The notes under the pieces: model-generated | Databases searched by the model: none | Told to the model about the DNA's origin: nothing | Seen by the model: only the letters and a program-made list of their open reading frames with translations | DNA from: Candidatus Nanohalarchaeota archaeon | GTDB taxonomy: Archaea > Nanohalarchaeota > Nanosalinia > Nanosalinales > Nanosalinaceae | Direction: 5' to 3' | Assembly (NCBI GenBank): GCA_022729235.1 | Contig: JALDAJ010000001.1 | Span: forward strand, 256,001-320,000 | Length of the DNA stretch: 64,000 bases | Position numbers and translations under genes: made by a program | Shown here: piece after piece, positions 1 through 11,621 of the stretch | How the letters are laid out: each line of letters begins with the position of its first letter | Position numbering within the stretch: the first letter of the stretch is position 1

Positions 1-2
1 TT

Positions 3-188
3 CAGAACCGGACCGGAGAGTACTGGACGAAAGAAGAAGTGCTGGAAAGACTGAGGGAAAACATCCAGAACGCCTACGAACAGTTCAGGCAGGTACAGGA
101 GGAAGAAGATGTCTACGGACGCCAGGCAGCCTACATTATGGGTGCCAGAAAAATAGTCGAGGCACTTGAGTCACGCGAATACATGTGA
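3..188 (+). CDS. gdhA: C-terminal fragment of glutamate dehydrogenase (Glu/Leu/Phe/Val dehydrogenase family), 5' partial
   Basis: Manual translation QNRTGEYWTKEEVLERLRENIQNAYEQ...RQAAYIMGARKIVEALESREYM* matches the GDH C-terminal pattern (QN..G.YW..EEV..RL...R.AAY). Confidence 0.85.
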   Translation, partial: QNRTGEYWTKEEVLERLRENIQNAYEQFRQVQEEEDVYGRQAAYIMGARKIVEALESREYM

Positions 189-228
189 CTCCCGTCCGAT
201 CCACATCAAACATTCAAACGAGTCTAAC

Positions 229-238
229 CCTTTATAAG
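229..238 (+). promoter_or_regulatory. Putative TATA box of the 16S rRNA transcript
   Basis: TTTATAAG at 231-238, upstream of a structured leader and the 16S gene. Confidence 0.5.
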
Positions 239-392
239 ATTTAACGGCGACTGTAATCTTGCTCGCAGCGATACACAAGTTGCGGGCGTAAATGAAATGC
301 CCAAGACATAAACTCTGTATAGAGTTTATTATCACAGGAGGCTCTCGACGAGTTTCCGGGAGGGCGAAGATGAGCGTCATATTTTTTGATGT

Positions 393-2123
<1,731 letters not shown>

Positions 2124-2196
2124 CTTTACTTTTTGCTTTCTCTGAACTTTTTCCGAAAACTTTTAATACGCAGAAAAACAATGTTACTATGTTACA

Positions 2197-2613
2197 ATGA
2201 CAAAAATGAAGGATTATACAGAGCTAGCAAGTCAGGAAGAATCCGATTTGGAACTCAGAAGAGTAGAAGTAGCCGAATATAACTCGAAAGAGTGGGTATA
2301 TCAAATATGGAGAAACCAAGACACAGAGGAAGACTATGTCAGTGTCCTAGGTGAGCTAGAAAATACTAGCGAATACTGCAAAAATCACAGGTTTGAAGGA
2401 GACATAGAGGAACATATTCTGGAAGACGATAGGGTATACAAATGGAGTCCTTCAAATACTGAAACCGAAGCTACCGTAGTATCTGTCCACAAGTACGACG
2501 AAAAAGATAGACCTGAAACCGCAGCCAGCATCAAAGCATTGGACAAAAACGGAGAAGATGCCGAAGATTTAGAAACCATCTTAGAATCTAACCTAAATCA
2601 AGATCCTGTATAA
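2197..2613 (+). CDS. Hypothetical acidic protein
   Basis: 138 aa ORF, acidic composition typical of this genome, no recognised motif. Confidence 0.7.
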   Translation: MTKMKDYTELASQEESDLELRRVEVAEYNSKEWVYQIWRNQDTEEDYVSVLGELENTSEYCKNHRFEGDIEEHILEDDRVYKWSPSNTETEATVVSVHKYDEKDRPETAASIKALDKNGEDAEDLETILESNLNQDPV

Positions 2614-2684
2614 TATACCTGTACATACCTCTGCATCCCTCAGACTGTAAAGAAGGGTTTATAAACAGTCGAGAAACCCAGTGC

Positions 2685-3029
2685 ATGAGTCACGCCGATG
2701 CCTCGACCGAGCACTCTGGAAGATCAGCCGCGTATGAAGCAACTAGAAGCCTGGAAGAAGATCTTGATCCTCTCAGACCCTCTGAAACCGACATCAATCT
2801 TTCAAGAGAGTACCGATCCGATGAAAACACATTAATCCTCAGTTACGAGGCGATCCCTACCGAGTTCGCAGAACAAGAACTCGAGGACGCTGAAAAAGCT
2901 AGCGGAAAACGCCGACTGAAACCAAAAACAGAGGAGAAAGCAAAAAATCTCTACGAAGGATGGCTAGAGGCGTTCAGCGAACTTCATGCCAGGTCAATCT
3001 TATACGAACCTTGGGACTCCAACATCTAA
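2685..3029 (+). CDS. Hypothetical protein
   Basis: 114 aa acidic ORF with TTTATAAA about 20 bp upstream. Confidence 0.65.
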   Translation: MSHADASTEHSGRSAAYEATRSLEEDLDPLRPSETDINLSREYRSDENTLILSYEAIPTEFAEQELEDAEKASGKRRLKPKTEEKAKNLYEGWLEAFSELHARSILYEPWDSNI

Positions 3030-3188
3030 GGAAACTGATTACAACCGCGTACAAGAACCATTGCATAATATTTCGCCCCCCTCAAAATGAAGCACCTGTT
3101 TTACATATCGCTGTCAACCCTCGCCGCGTTCTCCACCTGGAAGAAGCGATCGGAAACATCATAACACCTCATGATAACTTTCCAGTTA

Positions 3189-3617
3189 ATGACAGAGGAG
3201 TTATGCCGTGTAGGTATAGTGGCCGTAATCCGTGACGAAAACAACCGCTTCCTGATGGAAAAAAGAAAGAATCCGGAAGAAGAGGACAACTACTGGGGGC
3301 TAATCGCGGGCGGTAAGAAAGCAGATGAGAACAGCCTGGAAGCCGCGGAAAGAGAGGTAATGGAGGAGACCGGTACAGACTTCCACCCAGAAGAAATCGT
3401 CGGGATAGTAGAGCACAACGACCAGAGAGGAGACAGCACCTCCTGGACCGTAGTAGTAGTTGAAGGCGCCATCAACGGCGAACCAGGAAATATGGAGCCA
3501 GAGAAACGAGAAGAAATCACCTGGAAGAAAGAAGACGAATTACCGGACAACCTGCACCCTACAACAGAACTGGCGCTCGATATACTCGAAAAAGACGCGA
3601 TGCATCCGGAACTATAG
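3189..3617 (+). CDS. NUDIX hydrolase
   Basis: Nudix box GGKKADENSLEAAEREVMEETG; start at 3189 preferred over 3171. Confidence 0.92.
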   Translation: MTEELCRVGIVAVIRDENNRFLMEKRKNPEEEDNYWGLIAGGKKADENSLEAAEREVMEETGTDFHPEEIVGIVEHNDQRGDSTSWTVVVVEGAINGEPGNMEPEKREEITWKKEDELPDNLHPTTELALDILEKDAMHPEL

Positions 3618-3634
3618 AAAAACAGCACAATTGA

Positions 3635-3654
3635 TGGACCCTCAGGGATTCGAA
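3635..3654 (-). repeat. Duplicated 3' end of tRNA-Ala (att-like)
   Basis: TGGACCCTCAGGGATTCGAA vs TGGACCCTCAGGGATTTGAA at 3730-3749 (19/20 identical). Confidence 0.9.
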
Positions 3655-3729
3655 AATCGAAGATTTTCTTCTCCTCAGAACTCTGCCGAGTTCTTCAGTT
3701 TGAAGAAATCCCTGATGTAAACTGAAGAG

Positions 3730-3878
3730 TGGACCCTCAGGGATTTGAACCCTGGGCCTTCCGCTGTTTTGGCCTAATTCCGCCGTAGGCGGCGACCACC
3801 GAAGTGTGGTCCTTGCGTGCCGCACGAGCGTAACCAGGCGTGCAAAGCGGACGTTCTGCCAGGCTGAACTAAGGGCCC
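3730..3878 (-). tRNA. tRNA-Ala(UGC) with 75-nt intron at 37/38 (3766-3840)
   Basis: Acceptor GGGCCCT/AGGGTCC, anticodon stem TCCGC/GCGGA, T-loop TTCAAAT; positions 32-35 TTTG pair with intron CAAA (BHB-type splice geometry). Confidence 0.93.
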
Positions 3879-4291
3879 GAACGTATACTGTTGTAGTTGG
3901 TTGGTAGTTTTTTAAAGTGAAAAGTTATCCTGGAATGACATCTGGTTACCTTATTTAAAGGTTAAGTCTGATTCTTTGGATGCGGGACAATGAAATGAGA
4001 AGGATTATCTCGGATTCGTCTTTTTGCCTATAGAGTCCCGCTCTTGTCTTCCTTGCTTGATAGGCGGGGAGGATTATCTACCTATAAGGGGCGTCCCGTT
4101 GCGGATGTCCTTAGCACGAAAATGTCGCCTGACGCGAGGAGGATGGTGACAAGTAGTGCCACGCACGAGCAGATTTTTTGCGTGAAGCAGGTCCGGCCGC
4201 AATTTTACAAGTGATCCACCGGGCGTCTGTTTCTCGGCTCTGCCGAGAGATGGAGCATATCAAGTTGGTGCCTGACGTTGGATTGCTGGTA

Positions 4292-7203
4292 CACAGCCGG
4301 TTAGCGAATGGCTCGGTTCGAGAAGCCGATGAAGGACGTGGCAAGCTGCGATAAGCTTGGGTAAGGCGCATGCAGCCCTAGAGCCCAAGATTTCCTAATG
4401 CGACCTCGTAGGTCGCTTCGGCGACCTAGCCCGCAAGGGCAGGGAACGCGGTGAACTGAAACATCTTAGTAGCCGCAGGAAGAAAAATCAACTGAGATCT
4501 CCTTAGTAGTGGCGAACGAAGGGGAGATAGCGCAAACTGAATCCGCATCTGTGAAGATGCTGGACATGTGGTTCGGCCGTCCGTAGGGACCGCGTCGTGT
4601 AGTCGAAGTCCTCTGGAAAGAGGCGCCGTAGAGAGTGATAGCCTCGTAGACGATCGCGACAACGTTCTGGGACGTGCCAAGAGTAGCATGGGTTGGAAAT
4701 CCTGTGTGAACTGGGAGGCACTACCTTCCAACGCTAAATACTTCTCGAATCCGATAGCGCACTAAGTAGTGTGAACGAAAGCTGAAAAGTACCCTTTACA
4801 GGGGGTTCAAAGACCCTGAAACTAACCGGTGATAGGCTAGGCAGGGCGTGGAAGCTTCGAAACCTTTCAACGAGCCAGTCGAGAGACTGTAGTAGGACAA
4901 GGTGGAGCAGCGTCCTGTCATCCGTTTTGAAAAACGGGGCAGGGAGTGTACTGCCGTGGCGAGACTAAGTCGTTTACGCGATGGAGTCGTAGCGAAAGCA
5001 AGAAGCCCGCAGTTTACGAGGGGTCACGTGTTAACTCGCGTGAAGTCACCGCAGTACGATCCGAAACCGGTCGATCCTGGCCTGGGCAGGTTGAAGCGCA
5101 GCGAAAGCTGCGTGGAGGACCGCAAGCGGTGCTGTGATACAAGCGCTCGCGTGACCTGGGTCAAGGGGTGAAATGTCAATCGAGATCGGTGATGGCTGGT
5201 TCCTCTCAAAATGGGCCGAAGTCCAGCCTTGGACGAGCCGGCTAACGAGGTAAAGCGACTGATTCCGACTCCCTAGGGTTTCCCTAGGGCCGGAGTCAAA
5301 CTCTGAACTCGTTAGCGGTGTAGACTCCAGGAGTCAGGGACGGTGCGTAAGGTACCGTTCCGAGAGGGAAACAACCCAGAGCAAGGTTAAGGCCCCCAAT
5401 TCCTGACTAAGTGCCCATGAAGGGCGTCTCAGTTCTCAGACAGCGGGAAGGTTAGCTTAGAAGCAGCTACCCTTTAAAGAAAGCGTAACAGCTCACCCGT
5501 TGAGGACCGAGGCACCTAAAATGGACGGGGCTCAAGTCAGGAGCCGATACCTTGCCATTGTTTCTACAATGGATAGAGAGGCGATCCGTTCGGACGGAAG
5601 CATGGACGTGAGTTCGTGTGGACCGTGCGGATACGAAGATCCTGCCGGTAGTACCAGCGTCAACAAGAGTGAGAATCTCTTGCGCCGCAAGAGGAAGGGT
5701 TCCTCGGCAATGATTATCAGCTGAGGGTTAGCCGGTCCTAATCCCGCTCCTAACTGGACGCGGGAGAATTGGGAAGCAGGTTAATATTCCTGCGCCTACC
5801 CACGATAACCGACGTTTCGGGATAGCGGAAACTGCGCCTTCGCGCAGTCTAAACTGTTAATGCGGGCGAGCGTAATGCTTCGACCCCGTGAAACAGTGAA
5901 TGGCCTGGGAATTATCCCGGGTTTCCGTGAGTCCTGGAACCTTTGAAAAGGTGTGGGAGTCCGTACCCAGAACTAGCACAAGTCCTCTGGCTGATTAGGC
6001 TAAGGCGTTTCGGGCACAACTCGGCTCAGGGAATTCGGCAAGTTAGCTCCGTACCTTCGGAAGATGGAGTGCCTATCCTCTCGATAGGATAGGTCTCAGT
6101 GACCAGGGGGGCTCGACTGTTTACTAAAAACACATCCGACTGCCAGTCCGAAAGGATTTGTATAGTCGGAGACCCTTGCCCAGTGCCAGCACCTGAACAC
6201 CCCGTACATGGGGACGAAGGGCTGGTAAACGGCGGCGGTAACTATGACCGTCTTAAGGTAGCGTAGTCCCTTGCCAGTTAATTACTGGCCCGCATCAATA
6301 GGGCAACGAGGTCCCCACTGTCCCGAGCCGTGGCCCGGTGAACCCGCCGTACCGGCGCACAGGCCGGTGACTCCCGGTGGGAAGCGAAGACCCTGTGAAC
6401 CTTTACTGCAGTCTGTCGTTGCTGCGGGGGTCCAGGTGTGAAGTGTAGGTAGGAGACGTTACAGAGACGCAGGCGCTAGCCTGTCGCCCAGTCGACCATG
6501 GGACACTACCCTCTTGGAACCCTGCGGCTTACGTCTACGGACGGACAGCGGCAGCTGGGCAGTTTAACTGGGGCGGTATCCCTCTGATAACGAATCAGAG
6601 GGGTCCAAAGGTAGGCTCAGCCCGGTCAGAAATCGGGCGTAGAGTACAAGGATAAAAGCCTGCCTGACTGGAATCTTACCAATACGGATTCCAGGCGCGA
6701 AAGCGTGGCCTAGCGAACCTCTGTGTGCCAATTAGTGAGGCCCAGGTATGACAGAAAAGGTACTCCAGGGATAACTGGATTGTCTCGGGCGCGAGCTCAC
6801 ATCGACCCCGAGGCTTGTTACTTCGATGTCGGCTCTCCGTATCCTGGCTGTGCAACAGCAGCCAAGGGTGGGGGTGTTCACCCATTAAAACGGATCGTGA
6901 GCTGGGTTTAGATCGGCGTGAGCCAGATCGGTTGCTATCTGCCGGGAGTGTTTATGCGGTTTGAGAGGAAAGTCCGGACAGTACGAAAGGAACCCTGGAC
7001 TGAGGCCTCTGGTGTACCTGTCATCCGAGAGGGTGTTGCAGGGTAGCTACGCCTCACAGGCCTAAAAGCTGAAAGCATCTAAGCTTGAAGGTCTCCTCAA
7101 ACAAGAAACCGCATCCGCTCTCGTACAAGACGAGTTGATAGAGTGGCGGTGTAAGCACCAAGGCAACGAGGTGTTCAGCCGACCACTACTAATCGCGGGT
7201 TTC
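4292..7203 (+). rRNA. rrl: 23S rRNA (archaeal); ends approximate
   Basis: GAACTGAAACATCTTAGTA, GTAACTATGACCGTCTTAAGGTAGC, TTCGATGTCGGCTC, GTGAGCTGGGTTTAGA, sarcin-ricin-like AGTACGAAAGGAAC; about 2.9 kb, no intron. Confidence 0.99.
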
Positions 7204-7247
7204 ACAGCAATTCCACACGGACGGCACCAACTTGAGCTCTAACAACT

Positions 7248-7302
7248 ACGACTTACTCCCGTCAGGGAGTTGGTCGTCTGAGAAGACCTCTTTGGTCTTC
7301 GA
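7248..7302 (+). repeat. Two-hairpin module in the 23S trailer, homologous to 12028-12079 in RNase P RNA
   Basis: ACGACTTACTCC..GGAGTTGGTCGT-YTGAGAAGA..TCTTCGA is shared by both sites. Confidence 0.9.
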
Positions 7303-7425
7303 AACAGGTGCCTGGTGGATCACTTACCCAACGGCCGGACCTGCTAAGGTATACTTTTTCTGTATTTCTATCTCTATTTACCAGATAGAGAAAGATTTTT
7401 CTGCTACAATAGGACTAAACATACT

Positions 7426-8523
7426 ATGGAAGATGTTCTGAAGGATTATCCTCATCTCTATCAATTTCTACCCGACAACTTTGTGAAAAAGGCTAAACAG
7501 AAAGAAAGAGACGTGGAACACTCCATTATAGTATCTATAAAAAATAATTCCAACTATTTAGAGGTTTTGAATGACAGAATTGAAAGCTTGAAAGGGACTC
7601 CTGGTGAGAATATACTTGACAGATATTCCTCACAAGTAGATTCAAACAAAAAGTTTCATAGCTTTCTAGCAGAAATGAATTGCTATCTTCTGCTAAATGA
7701 GATTTTTGAGGACTTAGAACCCGTTAACGAAGATAGCTTCGATGAAGGTAAAAAACCTACCGATTTCTACTCAGAGAAACACGAAATTGACATCGAAGCT
7801 ACCTCTATTAACAAACACGAACCAGAGAGCAAACTATTCAGTTTAATTAGAGACTGGATAGAAGGTTTTGAGGAAAGCTATGAAGTGAGATTAATTAAGA
7901 AAGATAACTACAACAAATTCCCTTCCAACTATAAGGAAATAGAGGAAAATAGCAAGGAAGTAGAAGAAGTAAAACGTCTCATTGAGAACACGCCTCAACC
8001 TGAGACAATTGAAACAGATGCCTTCAAGATAACAGTAGAAAAATCTGATTTTGAAGAATCTATCTTCAAAGGTTCTGGTTGGGAATCTGCTGAATTTATT
8101 CCTGAAGATCCATCAAATTCTATTCGGAATCAGATAGATTCCAAAACAGACAAAGACCCTATATCAGACCACATGCTAATCTATCTAGATATAGATGGGT
8201 TTTTCCAGATGGATCATTCTTTGACAAAAATACTTCAGGGAGGAATTACTCATTTCGAACCGCCTATAGAACCAGAAGTGTCAAAGAAACTCAACACACA
8301 ACCAGAAGCGCTGAGAAAATATATGGAGGAGAATGGATTAATTCCCTCAGAAAATCAGCCTAGTGCTATACCTCCTGACGAAGAAGGTCTGTTTAAAGAA
8401 ATCGATGACTCGATAATTGGAGTAATCGCTTATCTACCCAATAGAAAACTAGTATTTCTACCAAATGTGTATAGTCAGAACCAGAAAGTTACTGAGATAC
8501 TAAATACCTTAGAACCAGAATAA
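7426..8523 (+). CDS. Hypothetical protein, possible PD-(D/E)xK nuclease-like fold
   Basis: 365 aa AT-rich ORF; LAE...KPTDF...IDIEAT pattern resembles restriction-endonuclease-like motifs. Confidence 0.5.
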   Translation: MEDVLKDYPHLYQFLPDNFVKKAKQKERDVEHSIIVSIKNNSNYLEVLNDRIESLKGTPGENILDRYSSQVDSNKKFHSFLAEMNCYLLLNEIFEDLEPVNEDSFDEGKKPTDFYSEKHEIDIEATSINKHEPESKLFSLIRDWIEGFEESYEVRLIKKDNYNKFPSNYKEIEENSKEVEEVKRLIENTPQPETIETDAFKITVEKSDFEESIFKGSGWESAEFIPEDPSNSIRNQIDSKTDKDPISDHMLIYLDIDGFFQMDHSLTKILQGGITHFEPPIEPEVSKKLNTQPEALRKYMEENGLIPSENQPSAIPPDEEGLFKEIDDSIIGVIAYLPNRKLVFLPNVYSQNQKVTEILNTLEPE

Positions 8524-8609
8524 GAGTCTAATATGTAGGCTAGGGGTATCTGAAAATTTCTTACAGAGATTCAGCTAGTTTTTTAGATTTTTCTGCACTA
8601 TATAGCAGT

Positions 8610-8762
8610 ATGAGCGATTCTGACGACTTTTGGAAAGTAGTGGCAGGAGCAGCAGGATTAGGAGGTCTTGCCTATCTGCTTTCTACGAAAAAGTGTCGTC
8701 AATGTGGTAAAAGAAATCCTAATGAAAACCAAAGATGCTCTAACTGCGGAGCATACCTATGA
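8610..8762 (+). CDS. Small membrane-anchored zinc-ribbon protein (50 aa, not in ORF track)
   Basis: MSDSDDFWKVVAGAAGLGGLAYLLSTKKCRQCGKRNPNENQRCSNCGAYL*; two CxxC motifs; ATGA overlap with the next ORF. Confidence 0.8.
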   Translation: MSDSDDFWKVVAGAAGLGGLAYLLSTKKCRQCGKRNPNENQRCSNCGAYL

Positions 8763-9094
8763 CCTCTCTAAAAGAGCTTCTTAGGATATCCGATATAGAA
8801 TTCTGGAAGGAATTGAGACATAACTGGAACCACGGAAGTGTCAAAGACCAGATGCTTTTCTGTCTTCTTATTACTCCAATGCTAACCTTCCTAGTATTCT
8901 ATAACAATGGAATGCCAAAAATACAGCAGTATTTTGTAGGCGGAATGCTCCTAGTACTATTTGTTTCAATTTTCAATACTTGGGCGTTTGCCAAAGGCGA
9001 ATATGAAGAAAGAAATTATAAGTGCAACAACTGTGGAAACCCTATGGAACACAAGTTAATAGAAGACCATACTTGCCCTGAAGATACAGAATAG
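8759..9094 (+). CDS. Membrane protein with C-terminal zinc ribbon
   Basis: Two hydrophobic helices followed by CNNC...HTC. Confidence 0.75.
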   Translation: MTSLKELLRISDIEFWKELRHNWNHGSVKDQMLFCLLITPMLTFLVFYNNGMPKIQQYFVGGMLLVLFVSIFNTWAFAKGEYEERNYKCNNCGNPMEHKLIEDHTCPEDTE

Positions 9095-9143
9095 AATGAT
9101 CGCTCTGCAAAAGATTTTATATCCTTAAGAGAAACTTGAACGC

Positions 9144-9365
9144 GTGGAAGTTGCAGAAAAAGCCAGTATAGATGCTACTTTGGGCACAGGACTTATTATT
9201 TCAGCACTGTCTTTATGGCTAATAGTTTTTCAGCTAGAGGAGACATTGTATCTCATTCATAGATCAGCTCAAGCCCTCTGGATACTAGGCATTTTCTTTA
9301 TTAGCCATAGTGTGATTGCCAGATTTACGGGCAAAGGAATAAGGGATCTCCTCAAGAGAGACTAA
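9144..9365 (+). CDS. Small two-helix membrane protein
   Basis: 73 aa, two hydrophobic segments. Confidence 0.6.
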   Translation: MEVAEKASIDATLGTGLIISALSLWLIVFQLEETLYLIHRSAQALWILGIFFISHSVIARFTGKGIRDLLKRD

Positions 9366-9492
9366 ACAAAACTAAACACCTCCTACCTCTAGTTAAACGC
9401 TCTCCTCTGTTTTTTGAACAGAATTAAACGGTCGTTCACGGATATGGCATTTAAGCACCGCCACCCACAGTTTTGGTCGAGGTGAAACACGA

Positions 9493-9813
9493 ATGAGAAC
9501 ATTACTAATCGCACTACTAGCAATCGGGTTAACTGCAGGAGCAGCGGCGATCCCTGCACACGCACAGGACAATATGCCAGATCAGGCAACGGAGAAGATG
9601 GAGGAACACATGCACGATGAAGCAGAGCATCAGGTCCAGGAGAACCAGCAGGAACTGCCTGAAGAAGTAGAGCAGGCAGGTGAGAGTTCAGAGGAAGCGA
9701 ACAGCGAACGGCAAGGATCTCCTGAACACGTCACACGGGGACCGCCCGCGTTTGTAGCGGATAAAGTTCCTGCTCACGTGCTTGATAGAGTGCCGGCGTT
9801 TGTCTTCGGCTAA
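9493..9813 (+). CDS. Secreted acidic protein
   Basis: Signal peptide MRTLLIALLAIGLTAGAAA, GAGGTGA SD, His/Met-rich segment, RGPP..VP motif. Confidence 0.8.
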   Translation: MRTLLIALLAIGLTAGAAAIPAHAQDNMPDQATEKMEEHMHDEAEHQVQENQQELPEEVEQAGESSEEANSERQGSPEHVTRGPPAFVADKVPAHVLDRVPAFVFG

Positions 9814-9912
9814 AAGAGTGGAGGAGCTCCCGATCCCTTCCCTTCTTTATTTTTGTCAGACTGTATACGCCTTTCTTAAGCAACCCCACCAAATTTGAGG
9901 ATGTGATTTAAA

Positions 9913-10464
9913 ATGAGACGAGCAATTGTCGCAGTAGCTCTCGCAGTATTTCTTGTCGCGGGAGCTACTACAGTTGCGGCGCAAGAAGAGCATAACGAGT
10001 CCGTTGAAGATCCAGTGAATGAGACTGAGGAAGAGATAGAAGCTCCAGTGAATGAAACAGAAGATGAAGTAACAGAGGCTGAAAGAGGTGAGTCCGCTCA
10101 GTTCGACGCTCGGTTGATGACCGCGATCAACACGGTCGAGGTACTTGTAGAAATCGCTCCAGACGAGGAATCGGAGCAAGCACTCCAGGATGTACTGGAC
10201 AGCCTTGAGGAAGTACAGGAGAACACTGATACAGCAAGCCTCGGACCTGAAGGAACACCGAGAGAAGTACCTGAAGACGCAGGAGAGCAAGACGGAGCAG
10301 AAGAGGAACCTGAAGAAGCAGATTCCGGAGAGGAAGCAGAAGAAGCTGGAGAAGAGACACCGGAAGAAGATGAACAACAGGGACCGCCTGAAGACCGTGG
10401 ACCTGAAGAGAACGAGAACCGGCCTGGATTCGTTAACCGGATGCTAGGCGGCATCTTCGGTTAA
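9913..10464 (+). CDS. Secreted acidic low-complexity protein
   Basis: Signal peptide, Glu-rich body, amphipathic C-terminus PGFVNRMLGGIFG. Confidence 0.8.
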   Translation: MRRAIVAVALAVFLVAGATTVAAQEEHNESVEDPVNETEEEIEAPVNETEDEVTEAERGESAQFDARLMTAINTVEVLVEIAPDEESEQALQDVLDSLEEVQENTDTASLGPEGTPREVPEDAGEQDGAEEEPEEADSGEEAEEAGEETPEEDEQQGPPEDRGPEENENRPGFVNRMLGGIFG

Positions 10465-10528
10465 TCGACCCAGGAACCTCGGTAGCGCCGACAAACCTTT
10501 TTCTTCTTTTACTTCTCTAGTATACAGT

Positions 10529-11125
10529 ATGCCTGAGAGCCCAGAGGCGTTTTACTCACGCGGAGCCGAGAAATTTGCGGAGAAGAATTCTTTCGAGAAT
10601 ATGCCCCAGGAGTACATAGACCTTCTTGACCAGTTCATCGAACTCGTTCAAGGCGATGAAGTCTTGGACGCAGGCTGCGGGCATGGTAGAGATACAAACT
10701 ATTTTACCGAGAACGGGCTTGACACTATCGGGATCGACGTAGCGGGCGGTATGCTAGAGTACGCTAGGGAGAACCAAAAAGGAGAATATCTACGGATGGA
10801 TGTCAGAGAATTAGAATTTGAGGATAACAGGTTTGACGGCTTATGGTGCAATACCGTTCTGCTTTTCTTCCCGATAGGCGAGATGAGAGATGTGATAAAA
10901 GAACTTTCCAGAGTTACAAAAGACGACGGCGTGATTTTTGTCAGCTTCAAAATCGGAGAAAGCCCTATAATGCGCGAAAAATACGGTAGTGAAGTTAAAC
11001 ACCATCTTATACCTGAGGAAAAAGCCATAGACCTGCTTGAATCAGAAGATTTGGAGATAATCGATGTTTACAGATACGAAACTGGCGGAGGATTCAAGGT
11101 CGCCGACATCTTCTGTCGAAACTAG
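10529..11125 (+). CDS. Class I SAM-dependent methyltransferase
   Basis: VLDAGCGHG motif I, GIDVA, FDGLWC. Confidence 0.93.
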   Translation: MPESPEAFYSRGAEKFAEKNSFENMPQEYIDLLDQFIELVQGDEVLDAGCGHGRDTNYFTENGLDTIGIDVAGGMLEYARENQKGEYLRMDVRELEFEDNRFDGLWCNTVLLFFPIGEMRDVIKELSRVTKDDGVIFVSFKIGESPIMREKYGSEVKHHLIPEEKAIDLLESEDLEIIDVYRYETGGGFKVADIFCRN

Positions 11126-11163
11126 CACCAGATTTTAACGTTTCTCTCACCAATAACTCCTGT

Positions 11164-11580
11164 ATGTCAAGCCATGCCCCTCCTTTCCAGAACGGTGCAG
11201 GAGGCGTTGACCCTCTAGTATTTACAGCTCTGGGAGCCTTGATTGTGATCGTCATCATGTCTTTGGCGTATATCTGGTGGCTTCATAACAGGAGGGAGAC
11301 TATCCTGCCCGAGGAAGAGCTTGAGAAAGAGGATGAAACACAGGAAGACGTGAGAATCGACCGCATGGGATTGTCAAAACGGTCGGAAGATGTTCTGGGT
11401 GTCGTGATGGACGCCCCGATGCTGCAGAACGAGCTTCCAGACGAACTCGGTGTTTCGAAAGCCACAGTCAGTAACGCTGTAAGCGAGCTTTTCGACCGTG
11501 ATCTTGTGATGAAGAAAAAGAAGGCGAACACGTACCTTATCGAGCCTAACATGGATGAGATACGGGAACAGTCCCGCTGA
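11164..11580 (+). CDS. Membrane-anchored winged-helix transcription regulator
   Basis: N-terminal TM helix followed by QNELPDELGVSKATVSNAVSEL HTH. Confidence 0.85.
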   Translation: MSSHAPPFQNGAGGVDPLVFTALGALIVIVIMSLAYIWWLHNRRETILPEEELEKEDETQEDVRIDRMGLSKRSEDVLGVVMDAPMLQNELPDELGVSKATVSNAVSELFDRDLVMKKKKANTYLIEPNMDEIREQSR

Positions 11581-11593
11581 TATCGGCGTTGAG

Positions 11594-11601
11594 CTTAAAA
11601 A
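11594..11601 (+). promoter_or_regulatory. Putative TATA box of RNase P RNA
   Basis: CTTAAAAA about 25 bp upstream of P1. Confidence 0.5.
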
Positions 11602-11621
11602 TCTTGTCGTATAGGTTAGCG

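Larger units (their letters stand above)
4187..7344 (+). other. 23S pre-rRNA processing stems
   Basis: 4187-4199 pairs with 7332-7344, 4209-4233 with 7301-7325, and 4260-4272 with 7223-7235. Confidence 0.8.

Noticed and set aside
7204-7350. Possible 5S rRNA after the 23S
   Set aside because: No 5S hallmarks; the region is explained by pairing with the 23S leader plus the inserted cassette.
8610-8762. Ribosomal protein L40e call for the small zinc-ribbon ORF
   Set aside because: Has an N-terminal TM helix, lacks the basic L40e tail, and sits in an accessory islet.
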